Sequence record: DRR723986_9123
Length of the DNA stretch: 55,823 nucleotides
Direction: 5' to 3' (one strand)
Notes under the pieces: model-generated
What the model was told of the DNA's origin: nothing
Databases searched by the model: none
Seen by the model: only the letters and a program-made list of their open reading frames with translations
Made by a program: the position numbers and the translations under genes
In this document: piece by piece, positions 37,886-47,512 of the stretch
Layout: each line of letters opens with the position of its first letter
Position numbering within the stretch: the first letter of the stretch is position 1

Positions 37886-38881
37886 ATGAATAACGTTTCT
37901 CGAGATTCCTTCTCCGACCAACAATTCTTAAGATCCTCTGCTGCCTCCAGGGCGGCATCCCCATCGAGGGAGCTGCAAACCGTCGAGCCGCGTGGTTACG
38001 GCAGGCTTGCGATTTGCCTTGCACTGGCAACAATCGCTTCAACATTCTGGGCTGGCGTGGCCGGATGGGTGCCCGCCGCACCGGTGTGGGATGGCCTTCT
38101 GACCTCCAGCTTCAGCATGGTTCGGCAAGTCTTGCTAGCAAATTGGTGGGAAGGCCTGCAGTTCTCTCTGGCTCTCATGGCAATCTTAACAGCCCATGAA
38201 CTCGGCCATTACGTTTTTACTCTCGTGTATCGCGTGCCCAGCACTCCGCCACTGTTTATTCCATTCCCCTTTTTGTCGCCAATTGGGACAATGGGAGCGG
38301 TGATTATGATGCAGAGCGGCACTGCGGATCGAAGGCAGATCTTCGACATCGGCATCGCTGGGCCCATTGCAGGTCTGGTAGTTGCCGTGCCCGTCATCAT
38401 TCTGGGAATTTTATATGACGATCCGATTCGTCTGAGTCAGGAGACGATTTCCATGGGGCAGCCATTGCTCATCCAGTGGCTAGCTGGCTGGATTGCCCCG
38501 GACCGCGCTGGCGAATACGTGATGGTTTCCAATACGCAGGCTAGTCCTTTGCTGATGGCGGGCTGGGTTGGGCTGCTCGTAACAGGAGTCAATATGATGC
38601 CGCTGGGCCAGTTGGATGGCGGCCACGTTACCTTTGGATTGCTCGGTGCAAAATCTTACTGGGTCGCAGTGGCGGCACTGATTGGGGCGATTCTCTTTAT
38701 GGCCTACACGAGAGTTTGGATCTTCTCTCTGATGATCCTACTTGTCATGTTGATGGGGTTGCGTCACCCACCCAGTAGCAATGACGAACGCACGCTTGGC
38801 CTTGGTCGCCAAATTCTCGGTTGGTGCACACTGTCGCTTCCCGTGCTGTGCATTCCTGCCAACCCGATTGAGCTGGTTTAG
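37886..38881 (+). CDS. Site-2 protease (peptidase M50)
   Basis: HELGH, IGIAGPIAG and NMMPLGQLDGGH. Confidence 0.93.
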   Translation: MNNVSRDSFSDQQFLRSSAASRAASPSRELQTVEPRGYGRLAICLALATIASTFWAGVAGWVPAAPVWDGLLTSSFSMVRQVLLANWWEGLQFSLALMAILTAHELGHYVFTLVYRVPSTPPLFIPFPFLSPIGTMGAVIMMQSGTADRRQIFDIGIAGPIAGLVVAVPVIILGILYDDPIRLSQETISMGQPLLIQWLAGWIAPDRAGEYVMVSNTQASPLLMAGWVGLLVTGVNMMPLGQLDGGHVTFGLLGAKSYWVAVAALIGAILFMAYTRVWIFSLMILLVMLMGLRHPPSSNDERTLGLGRQILGWCTLSLPVLCIPANPIELV

Positions 38882-39446
38882 CGAAACGGCTACGGGCACG
38901 TGCTCGTTCCAGTTTAGCGCGAACCTGTTGACTGCGGCCCGCGTCCTGATTGCCGATAGAGCGCAAATGCCCGAGGGGCCGCTCATGCGACTTTTGTACG
39001 TTCATATTTTCTTTCACGCTGGAAGCCCGCGATCGATGAAGACATAGATTCACCGTCCTCGTCACTTTATTCGCGAACTCTGTGTCTTTCGAGAACACAG
39101 CGTTTCTTACCCGGTTTCTCATCTGAACCATGGGACCGCTCCCTTCGTTGGACATTCCGTCCGATGGATGTGGCCCATCATGCACAACCCAACTTGCTGC
39201 GGAATCGGCAACTGCGCCGCCGCTGAACTTAGGTTCGACGCTCAAGCGAGCAGAATCGGCCTGGACTTTCACGCGATCGAGCGTCCTCGCGCAACGGGCG
39301 TGAGATTGCGCTTTCACTGTGCCATCCGCCAGCAGCCACTAGACACGGATCCATCAATGCCGACTATAATGAACGCTACTGGCAAGCAACTTGCCGAAAA
39401 GAATTCTACTGCGAACGATTCTCGAACCAGGAAACCAACGCATATT

Positions 39447-40859
39447 GTGCAAGAGCATCATCGAAGTCAAAGTGTAGCGGCGGAACGCTGCGTAGTCGCG
39501 CGGCTCCTCACTGGCGGAGCGGTTGCGGGCGAGGACGCGCTCGACGAAGTAACGGGGCTTGCAGAATCTGCGGGAACTGCGGTGCTTGGCGGTGTCGTAC
39601 AACGGCGTGAAACTCCTGATCCGAAAACGTTTCTCGGGAAAGGCAAAGTTTCAGAGCTGAAGCAGTTAACGGAAATGCACTGCGCGGACGTTGTCATCTT
39701 CGACAACAATCTCTCCCCGAGTCAGACACGCAACTTGGAGAAGGCCACCGGCGTGAAGGTGCTGGATCGAACAGAGTTGATCCTGGATATCTTTGCTTCC
39801 AGCGCTCGAACCAAAGAAGCCCGCCTGGCGGTAGAACTAGCTCAGCTTGAGTACTCTCTGCCGCGACTGAAGCGCATGTGGACTCACTTGTCACGGCAAA
39901 CGATGGGCGTTGGCATGCGAGGCCCTGGTGAAAAGCAATTGGAGGTTGACCGGCGCCTGGTCGAGAAGCGAATTCACGAGTTAAAGCTGGATTTGCAGAA
40001 GGTCGAAAAACGCAAGGAACGCGAGGTTGCAGGACGACGCGACTACTTGACCGTTTCTCTGGTCGGATACACCAATGCCGGGAAGAGCACGACGATGAAT
40101 GCTCTGACCGAAGCGGATGTTGAAGCGGTCGACAAGCTGTTTGCAACCCTCGACACGCGAACGCGCCGTTGGACTCTACCGAGTTGGGGACCGGTGCTCT
40201 TAAGCGACACAGTAGGTTTCATCCGAGACTTGCCGCATAATCTGGTAGCTAGTTTCCGAGCCACACTTCAAGAGGCGCGTGAGGCGGATTTGCTCTTGCA
40301 TGTCTGCGATGCAAGCAACCCTGCTGTGCTTGAGCAGATTTCTGCTGTCTACAGTGTTCTGCACGACCTAGGCATTGATGAAAAGCAAACGCTCCTTGTC
40401 ATTAACAAGGTGGATGTTCCCGGTGCAGAGGAACGCGTAGCCGCTGTTCAGAATCGCTATCCACATAGTGTTGCCATCAGTGCGAAGGCAGGCATTGGGC
40501 TCGAGAGCCTCTCCAAGGCTGTCAGCGCGGCACTGAGTGAGGGTTTCGTCACGCTCAGCGTGCATTTGGATGTTTCTGACGGGAAGACAATGGCTTGGCT
40601 CGCAAAGGTCGGCGAAATTGTCAGCAAACAGTTTCACGATGATCACGTCGAAATCCACGCTCGTTTGCCCGTTCGTCATGCTGGCCGACTCGAACGCGAG
40701 GGACACAAACTGGAAGTTCTTCGTGGCCGCATACCTGAACCCAAGCCGCAAACGGAAGAGTGGGAGGAAAAATTGCCGACCACGGGCTCGGTTTTCCCTG
40801 CCGAGCAGCATGGTAGCCCAGATGTGGATTCCAGCGCCGATGACGAAGAGGTCGCCTAG
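39447..40859 (+). CDS. hflX: GTPase HflX
   Basis: ILDIFA..ARTKEA, GPGEKQLE, GYTNAGKST, LFATLD, DTVGF and NKVD. GTG start at 39447 assumed; ATG 39357 is possible. Confidence 0.96.
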   Translation: MQEHHRSQSVAAERCVVARLLTGGAVAGEDALDEVTGLAESAGTAVLGGVVQRRETPDPKTFLGKGKVSELKQLTEMHCADVVIFDNNLSPSQTRNLEKATGVKVLDRTELILDIFASSARTKEARLAVELAQLEYSLPRLKRMWTHLSRQTMGVGMRGPGEKQLEVDRRLVEKRIHELKLDLQKVEKRKEREVAGRRDYLTVSLVGYTNAGKSTTMNALTEADVEAVDKLFATLDTRTRRWTLPSWGPVLLSDTVGFIRDLPHNLVASFRATLQEAREADLLLHVCDASNPAVLEQISAVYSVLHDLGIDEKQTLLVINKVDVPGAEERVAAVQNRYPHSVAISAKAGIGLESLSKAVSAALSEGFVTLSVHLDVSDGKTMAWLAKVGEIVSKQFHDDHVEIHARLPVRHAGRLEREGHKLEVLRGRIPEPKPQTEEWEEKLPTTGSVFPAEQHGSPDVDSSADDEEVA

Positions 40860-41105
40860 AACTGCGCCGCGGTTTCCGCTGGGACCGCTAGCTCTACGGC
40901 TGACTCCCGCGCTTTGAATTTCTGCGGTGCCAGGCGACTTATGGTAGCACTCTATTTGACTTGCCCAGAAAGCTATATGCTTATGCCGCGGGGCATTGGA
41001 GTCCATCTGTGATTCGGAAGCCTGAAGGCGGCCATCGCACTTGGATATCAAAACTCAGAGTCAAAGTAGCTATTTGAGGCGTGCATCGGCACGAATGGAA
41101 GTTTC

Positions 41106-43037
41106 ATGGCGGAATCGTCGGCTCGGCAGGAGTACCAGAGACTACTCGACGAGTGTGTTGAGAACCGGCAGCAATACGACGGATACTTGGCACGTTTGGT
41201 GTGGGTGCGTACTGCACTGTTTCTGCTGGCAGCCTTCTTGCTGGTGACCAGTTTTGTTCAGGCGGAAGCGCCGACATGGTACTGGGGAGCAGGTTGGGTT
41301 GCTGCAGCCGTGTTCTTCGTTGTGATTGTAGCGAACGAACAACTGCGTCTGAAAAGTGTGCGTTTTCGTCGAGAGGCGGAACTATATCAGCGGTTGCTGG
41401 CCCGACTCGATCGGCAGTGGAACAAATTGCCAGAAGAATCGCTTCTGGAGGGCATTGAAATCTCCTGCGCAGACGACTTAGACGTCGCCGGGCGCAGTAG
41501 CTTGTTATCGCTCATCAACCTTGCAACCTCCCTACCCGGCCGCAAGACCATGCAGGAGTGGATTGGGCAGCCGCCGCAGTGGCACGAAGTCTTGCGGCGA
41601 CAGCGGGCCGTTTCAGCGCTGCTTCCGCTACGTGAATTCAGGTTGCGTCTGATGAAGGAAATTCGTCAGTCTTGCGACGGATCTGAAGACATGGACGGAC
41701 TTCCGGCCTGGGCGCACTCTCCAAACTGGATTCGTGAAAACCGGCTCGCATACTTGCTCAGTCTTCTTGGGCCCTTTCTAGTGGCAATTGGGCTGGTTGG
41801 ATTAGTTGTCGCTACCAGCGCCGGGAATCGTCAGTGGATGACAGGTGCAGCGATTTGCGTAGGATGTGGCTTCGCGGTTAATATCCTACTGACGATCGTC
41901 TGGGGTAGTTGGATTCATGGGATCTTTCACAAAGTGACCGGTGGCCACGGGGCGGCAAGTAGTCTGGCAAGTGTCTTTGCCGAATTCGCAGAGCTACCAA
42001 ACGACGCGGCGAGTAGTGACCAGCATGCAGCAGATACAGGATCGCTTGATAACGAGGCAAGCGAGCGGCTTGGGATATTGCAAAACGCAAAGAAGGTTGC
42101 AACTGAAGGAGATGATTCGGCCGTCTCGGGATTCTCCAGTTTGTTGCGTCTTGTTCGGTTGGCAAACTTGCAGCGTGATCCAACGCTCTATCTGCTCTAT
42201 CTCGTCCTGCAACTTCTGACGGCTTGGGATGTTCGAATCTTAGGCCGGTTGGAGGCTTGGAAGACTAGATTTGGTTCCTCTGTTCCTCGTTGGTTCGAAG
42301 CACTCGGCCAATACGAGGCAGTCAGCAGTCTTGCAACGCTGGCTGATGAAAACCCCGACGACTGGACCTTCCCCAAGCCCCCCAATTCTGATGCTGAACT
42401 GATTTTTGCTTCAGAGCTGGGGCATCCGTTGTTGCCGCCAGCGAGCTGTGTGCGTAACGACCTTGACTTGAGGGATGACAAACCACTGCTACTCGTTACC
42501 GGTTCCAATATGGCTGGGAAGAGCACGTTCATGCGGTCCATTGGGCTGAACCTGCTGTTAGCAAGACTGGGAGGGCCTGTTTGCGCAAAGGAAATGCGGA
42601 CTCACCTGTTCGAAATCGCAAGCAGCATTCGTGTTCGCGACAGTTTGAGTGATGGTGTATCGTTCTTTATGGCTGAACTCAAGCGACTCAAAGAAGTGGT
42701 CGATCAAGCCGCAGATCACCGTGCCGAGGGGCGAGCGCCCATTTTCTATCTGCTGGATGAAATATTGCAGGGAACCAATAGCCGCGAGCGGCAGATTGCG
42801 GTGGCAACCGTGCTTGAGAAGTTGCAGTCTTTCGGCGCACAGGGCATTTTATCGACGCATGATCTTGATCTGGCTGTCGAGCCGACGGTGGAACGAATCA
42901 GCCAGATCGTTCACTTCCGAGAGTACTTCGTCGACGTTGGCGGCAAAGAGGAAATGCAGTTCGATTTCAAAATGCGACCCGGGCCGACGCCGACGACCAA
43001 TGCCCTTAAGTTGCTCAAGTTGGTTGGCCTTGGATAG
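41106..43037 (+). CDS. MutS-related protein (TM segments plus MutS domain V ATPase)
   Basis: TGSNMAGKSTF, SFFMAELKRLK, LLDEILQGTN and STHD; hydrophobic N-terminal helices; no recognisable mismatch-binding domain. Confidence 0.9.
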   Translation: MAESSARQEYQRLLDECVENRQQYDGYLARLVWVRTALFLLAAFLLVTSFVQAEAPTWYWGAGWVAAAVFFVVIVANEQLRLKSVRFRREAELYQRLLARLDRQWNKLPEESLLEGIEISCADDLDVAGRSSLLSLINLATSLPGRKTMQEWIGQPPQWHEVLRRQRAVSALLPLREFRLRLMKEIRQSCDGSEDMDGLPAWAHSPNWIRENRLAYLLSLLGPFLVAIGLVGLVVATSAGNRQWMTGAAICVGCGFAVNILLTIVWGSWIHGIFHKVTGGHGAASSLASVFAEFAELPNDAASSDQHAADTGSLDNEASERLGILQNAKKVATEGDDSAVSGFSSLLRLVRLANLQRDPTLYLLYLVLQLLTAWDVRILGRLEAWKTRFGSSVPRWFEALGQYEAVSSLATLADENPDDWTFPKPPNSDAELIFASELGHPLLPPASCVRNDLDLRDDKPLLLVTGSNMAGKSTFMRSIGLNLLLARLGGPVCAKEMRTHLFEIASSIRVRDSLSDGVSFFMAELKRLKEVVDQAADHRAEGRAPIFYLLDEILQGTNSRERQIAVATVLEKLQSFGAQGILSTHDLDLAVEPTVERISQIVHFREYFVDVGGKEEMQFDFKMRPGPTPTTNALKLLKLVGLG

Positions 43038-43055
43038 CACCTGCGTACCAGTCGG

Positions 43056-44045
43056 CTAGAGACTGGGTATGCCGAGTGCTTTTGAAGCGAATTCAGACGT
43101 TGTGCGAAGCATGGCTGCGTCTAGCTCTGATGACTTAGATGCACCGGTTTGGAAGATGAGTCGAGTGATCTCGGCTTTGAGTTCTGTGATTGCCTGGTCG
43201 ATCAAGCTGGACGACTTCCTTGGTTGATCTGCTCGTGTTTCAAGGCCAGCGATGCCCAGTGAGCTGAGTAGCCCCTCGGTCTGGCCCTGAGTCGATTCTT
43301 TGGATTCTATCGCCGGCTCGATGACGCGATCGATCGACATTGCAGCCGCACCCAGCGATGCGACGATGAAAAACTCTTTGGCGGAAACACATGGGAAATC
43401 TGCCAGTAGTGCAATGGGAGCCGGACGTTGATTATTTAGATTGGCCAGGCGACTCAAGCTGGCTAGATCTTGATAAGTCAGTTCGTCGGTGGTCGACCGC
43501 AGTACGAGAAAATCGATTCCGCATTCAAGCGCCGTTTTTAGATCGTTCGCATGCGTCGAAGTGCTGAGCACCAAGCCGACTGGACAGTCGCCTCCAGCGC
43601 CAAATCGCAGCGAAGTTACAAAGTTAGGAAGGCCCGCGGGGCTGCAACCTATCGGCCAAGCGGGCACGCCGCGTCGATCTTCGCATAATATCTGCAAGAA
43701 ATCTGCCGTCGTCGCTTCGTCAAAATCAATTCCTTGATCCGCTGTTACCGTTGCAAGTCTCGGAGGTAGGTCGGCTGGAGCGACAGCTTGAAGTTCTTGA
43801 GTCGTGGCATGCACCAGAACGCTGTGCTTTTTCAGCGCTCCACTAATGGAAGGCCAGTCTGCAGTTGCGGTCGAATGATTACCGCTGACGAAGAATGGCG
43901 AAGTGAGGGCTCTGGCATCCACTGAATCCGAAGCCACACTCCAAGAAGTGGGCGCATCGGCCGGAGAAGAACTGCTAGAACCGGCCAGCCCTGCAGTTGG
44001 CATCAGAGCTGCCTGCGGGAAAATTTCGTTTGCTGGATGACTCAT
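43056..44045 (-). CDS. Degenerate glutamate-synthase FMN-domain-like (GlxD/MgsC-like) protein
   Basis: ND..ALECGIDFLVL, IALLAD..SAKEFFIVASLGAAAMSI and C-terminal L.AEI..L...GA....L..LR resemble GltB-type FMN barrels; ATGA overlap with the GXGXG gene. Confidence 0.55.
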   Translation of the reverse strand: MSHPANEIFPQAALMPTAGLAGSSSSSPADAPTSWSVASDSVDARALTSPFFVSGNHSTATADWPSISGALKKHSVLVHATTQELQAVAPADLPPRLATVTADQGIDFDEATTADFLQILCEDRRGVPAWPIGCSPAGLPNFVTSLRFGAGGDCPVGLVLSTSTHANDLKTALECGIDFLVLRSTTDELTYQDLASLSRLANLNNQRPAPIALLADFPCVSAKEFFIVASLGAAAMSIDRVIEPAIESKESTQGQTEGLLSSLGIAGLETRADQPRKSSSLIDQAITELKAEITRLIFQTGASKSSELDAAMLRTTSEFASKALGIPSL

Positions 44046-44713
44046 GAGGCTGCTTTCTTGGCTCGATACGCTTTAAAGTCCTTGCCATCACTCTTGATTC
44101 CAGCCCGGGCCAGAAGCAGCGACAACCGCATAAAGTCCGGGTCTTTCATGCGGTTTAGTTTCACATCGTCAGAAACGCTTTGCACTTCTCCGCGGACATA
44201 GATGACTCCTCCTTGCATCCCGAGACCTAGGTTGTGCCCGCAGCCGTTGCCCAGCACAAGCGTTCCGGATTGCATCCCCTGTCCCGCATTGTTACCAGCG
44301 GTGCTCCTTACAAACACGTTTGCCCCAGCTAGGTTTGCACCCGCATAATTGCCTGCGCGACCAAGCGAACTGAGCATTCCTGATTGAGCGGAAATGCCGA
44401 AGTAGTCGGCTGCAGTCTTGCGAACGACAAGAGTCCCGGCGTTGAAGGAATGACCGCAGCAATTTCCGACGGGTCCTTCAATTTCAATGTGGGACACACT
44501 TCCCAGCATGCACGCGAAATCGCCGAGTGGAAATTCGACTTGAATGCTTGCGTCGGAGCAATCACCCGAGAGTGCAGCACCATGTTCAGCCTTGCCGTCC
44601 TTGAGCACTAGCGTCTCGTCGTCGGCAGCCTGCTTCAAAAGGGCACGCAATTGTTCCACAGACAACTGTGAACAATCAACATCGCGCGTCGGTTTTTCTG
44701 CTACGTCATCCAA
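44042..44713 (-). CDS. GXGXG beta-helix protein (GltB C-terminal / GlxC-MgsB / FwdC-like)
   Basis: Repeats GPVGNCCG, GRAGNYAG, AGNNAGQGMQSG, GCGHNLGLGMQGG and IYVRGEV; TTG start. Confidence 0.8.
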   Translation of the reverse strand: MDDVAEKPTRDVDCSQLSVEQLRALLKQAADDETLVLKDGKAEHGAALSGDCSDASIQVEFPLGDFACMLGSVSHIEIEGPVGNCCGHSFNAGTLVVRKTAADYFGISAQSGMLSSLGRAGNYAGANLAGANVFVRSTAGNNAGQGMQSGTLVLGNGCGHNLGLGMQGGVIYVRGEVQSVSDDVKLNRMKDPDFMRLSLLLARAGIKSDGKDFKAYRAKKAAS

Positions 44714-44770
44714 AATAGTCGAGCTCTGCTGGCGAACACTGTTGGGAATCGATGGGAAAGCGTTTGAAGG

Positions 44771-46285
44771 CTAACTACTAGCCCCAAATTTAAACTTGTT
44801 TTGCACTGCTCGAGCGGCTTCGCAAACGTCCGGCTCGCGAAGCATCAACATGACCAGCCCGTAAACGGCTACACCAACCGGAGCAGCAGCCCAAGTTCTC
44901 AATATGGTAATCCAATAAATGCCTGCGCACGCGACGCAGGCAACGGAACTACCCACTACGGCTCGGATTATGACGGTTGTAATGCCAGTTAGGATGGTTG
45001 ACCCTTGGCGATAGAGCAAGATGCTCAACATAATCGCCGCTGACAGAAGGTAATAAGCGCTGATGCCAATCGCAATACCCTGGGCGCCCATCGGGCCCAG
45101 AAGCAACCATTTGGTTAACCATCCCACAAGCAGGCTAACGATTCCAACCCAAGTCGGCGTGAATGTGTCGCCAAGCACATAGAACGATCTTGCCAGCATT
45201 TCCCCAAGACTCGCGCCGAGGAAAAGGCCAAGCATCCACCGAAAAACGGTTGATACGGCTACAGTGTCTTCGCGTGTAAATTCCCCGCGTTCGAGTAAAT
45301 CCCTGATGATCTCGGGCGCAAATACTCCAACGCCGATTGTGATGGGAACTACCAAGAGGAGCAGCCTTCGCCAAACGAGGGCAAAGTGTTCGCGATAGCC
45401 TGTGAGTCCCTCGACCGCGTGTCGCTCGGCCAACTGCGAAAACGCAATTAGTGATAGTGTGCTGGTACCAAGGGCAAGCAAGGCGAGCATGATCTTTTGA
45501 GCAAAGTTGACCGTCGCAGTTGCACCTTCGTTGCCCAGAGCATCAGCGAGAACTCTATCGACAACAGGATCAAACCGGAGTACGGCGGTTCCAATCAGCA
45601 GTGGTGCGTACGCTACGCTGAGTCGCACGACGTTGACGCCCGTTAGCGACGGTTTGCCAAGCCTGCCGAGGATCGGAAGCAGATGAACTACGACACTGAC
45701 CGCTGAGCCAAGATTGACTGCCCAGGCGATCATGGAAACACTTTGTTCGCCGAACATGACAATGAACACCAACGTGCATGCCGTGCCGATGACGCCACCC
45801 ATTGCTGGGATGATGAAGCTGTGTTGGCTGTTGTGAACTGCCCCAGCCCAACTGACAATGCCCGTCAGCAGCGGCTGCCATGCCAAGATTTGCAGGCAAA
45901 CCACGGTCAGTTGTCGAGTCTGGAGGTCTTGCTGTCGAAAGAGAGCATTGACAATTGATTCGGCAAAAACGTACAGCGCAAGTACGGATAAGCCTGAGAT
46001 GGCACACGCTACAATACCGATTGAGCTAGCGAAGCTCCATCCGGCAGGTGCATTGCTTTGTTGGAACCGAGAAATTAACTCAGGGACCAAAACGTATGCA
46101 AGTGAACCGGTGATGGCGGCGGTCACAAACGTAGGCAGGGATAATGCCGCCGCGAGTGCATCGGATTCGCTGCCAAGGCTGTAGAAAGAAGCCCAGACGC
46201 TGGTAATCAAGAACTGAACGATCATCTGCCCCAGTGAAAGCGCTGTGACAAATACTACGTTCCTTGCGGTGCGAAATTCGGTCAT
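44771..46285 (-). CDS. murJ: MurJ/MviN-family flippase
   Basis: SDALAAALSLP, LLERGEFT..DT and LARSFYVLGDTFTP; many TM helices. Confidence 0.85.
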   Translation of the reverse strand: MTEFRTARNVVFVTALSLGQMIVQFLITSVWASFYSLGSESDALAAALSLPTFVTAAITGSLAYVLVPELISRFQQSNAPAGWSFASSIGIVACAISGLSVLALYVFAESIVNALFRQQDLQTRQLTVVCLQILAWQPLLTGIVSWAGAVHNSQHSFIIPAMGGVIGTACTLVFIVMFGEQSVSMIAWAVNLGSAVSVVVHLLPILGRLGKPSLTGVNVVRLSVAYAPLLIGTAVLRFDPVVDRVLADALGNEGATATVNFAQKIMLALLALGTSTLSLIAFSQLAERHAVEGLTGYREHFALVWRRLLLLVVPITIGVGVFAPEIIRDLLERGEFTREDTVAVSTVFRWMLGLFLGASLGEMLARSFYVLGDTFTPTWVGIVSLLVGWLTKWLLLGPMGAQGIAIGISAYYLLSAAIMLSILLYRQGSTILTGITTVIIRAVVGSSVACVACAGIYWITILRTWAAAPVGVAVYGLVMLMLREPDVCEAARAVQNKFKFGASS

Positions 46286-47454
46286 TTTCGCACCTTGGCA
46301 TCATGGGCAGCAATTTGATTCGAAAAAATACTCTCCATCTCCGCTATCCAGCGGGACACGCAGTGGTTATCGACGATGTAAGCCAGTGCGCGTTCGGCCA
46401 TCCCAGTCAACTCGGGTGCGGGCAGACGATCGAAGTTCTCCAGTCCTTCCTTGATTGATGCTGCCGAATCGTTGTTAGTCAAGATGCCTCGATTATTGGC
46501 GAGCAGTTCCTCGACGCTGGTAGAGCATCGCGTGGACAGCACTGGCGTCGATAGTGCCATGGCTTCCAATGCAATATTTGGCAAGCCTTCATAACGGCTG
46601 GGAATCAGAACCAAATCAGCCTGTTCAATGAATGGATACGGATTCTGCTGGTGCCCATGAAACCGATACTGCCCCTTGCCGGTTTCCGCCAGACGCTGGA
46701 GATGTTCTCGGTCGGGACCATCACCGATAAAATGAAGTGTGTATCCGGGCATGGCACCGCCGCAGGATTCAAAGCCTTCGATCGCGGTGCCCTGCCCTTT
46801 CTCTTCAGACAGCCGCCCGACGACGACTATATTGCGGCTACCATCTGGAAAGGCTTGAAAGGATTTCGCCATTCGCTGCACGGCGTCGATATCGACGGGA
46901 CTTGAGACGACTTGGATCGAGTCACGATCCAAGCTGTAATACTCGGAAGCATCGAGTGCGACTGCTTCGCTAACGGTAAGCGTGCGTGAGCGCGAGTCTG
47001 AGTAGGCCGCAGCGAGACGCTTCCGTTTGACGGCCGCAAAACGCTCCCTGCTCTGGCTGAAGTCGTGACTCGGTGGGCTGACGATTACGGAGACCCGAGG
47101 AACGCCTGCAAGAGCACAAGCCTGAGCAGTGACCAGAGTCATGTGAAACGTGCGGTCGTAAACGAGGTCAAACGACTCAGCTTCCAACAACCCACGCAGA
47201 TGGGCTACTTGTTTTCGGTGAATCGTGCCTGGAATGCGGTGCATCCAAGTGTTGTTGGTGGCCGTTGGGCTGTCCCAAAAGGAATGCACGCTACAATCGC
47301 TGGGCAGTTGTTCCAGGTATTGCCCAGAGCGATAGTGCAGATATACATGCGGTTGAAATGATGGGCGTCTCAGGTGGCAAGCTAGTTGCCATAGCTGGCG
47401 TTCGCTTCCACCGCCCTCCAACGAGCCGCTGCAGCACAAGATTTTGTGTCCCAA
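46282..47454 (-). CDS. GT4 glycosyltransferase
   Basis: GGGSERQL, VGRLSEEKG, GDGPDR and PSRYEGLPNIALEAMA; ATGA overlap with murJ. Confidence 0.92.
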   Translation of the reverse strand: MGHKILCCSGSLEGGGSERQLWQLACHLRRPSFQPHVYLHYRSGQYLEQLPSDCSVHSFWDSPTATNNTWMHRIPGTIHRKQVAHLRGLLEAESFDLVYDRTFHMTLVTAQACALAGVPRVSVIVSPPSHDFSQSRERFAAVKRKRLAAAYSDSRSRTLTVSEAVALDASEYYSLDRDSIQVVSSPVDIDAVQRMAKSFQAFPDGSRNIVVVGRLSEEKGQGTAIEGFESCGGAMPGYTLHFIGDGPDREHLQRLAETGKGQYRFHGHQQNPYPFIEQADLVLIPSRYEGLPNIALEAMALSTPVLSTRCSTSVEELLANNRGILTNNDSAASIKEGLENFDRLPAPELTGMAERALAYIVDNHCVSRWIAEMESIFSNQIAAHDAKVRK

Positions 47455-47512
47455 TGACTCATTGCTCCCTGAGGCCCGCTGGATGCTGTTTGAGATCGGT
47501 AATCACGACCGA

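Noticed and set aside
38745..39440. 190-aa minus ORF, long N-terminal extension of HflX, and a GAAA-capped hairpin (about 39080-39100, minus) vaguely like a c-di-GMP-I riboswitch
   Set aside because: The ORFs lack motifs; the hairpin lacks the riboswitch junction consensus and has no credible downstream gene on that strand.
40368..41051. 227-aa antisense ORF over hflX
   Set aside because: Shadow ORF with no motifs.
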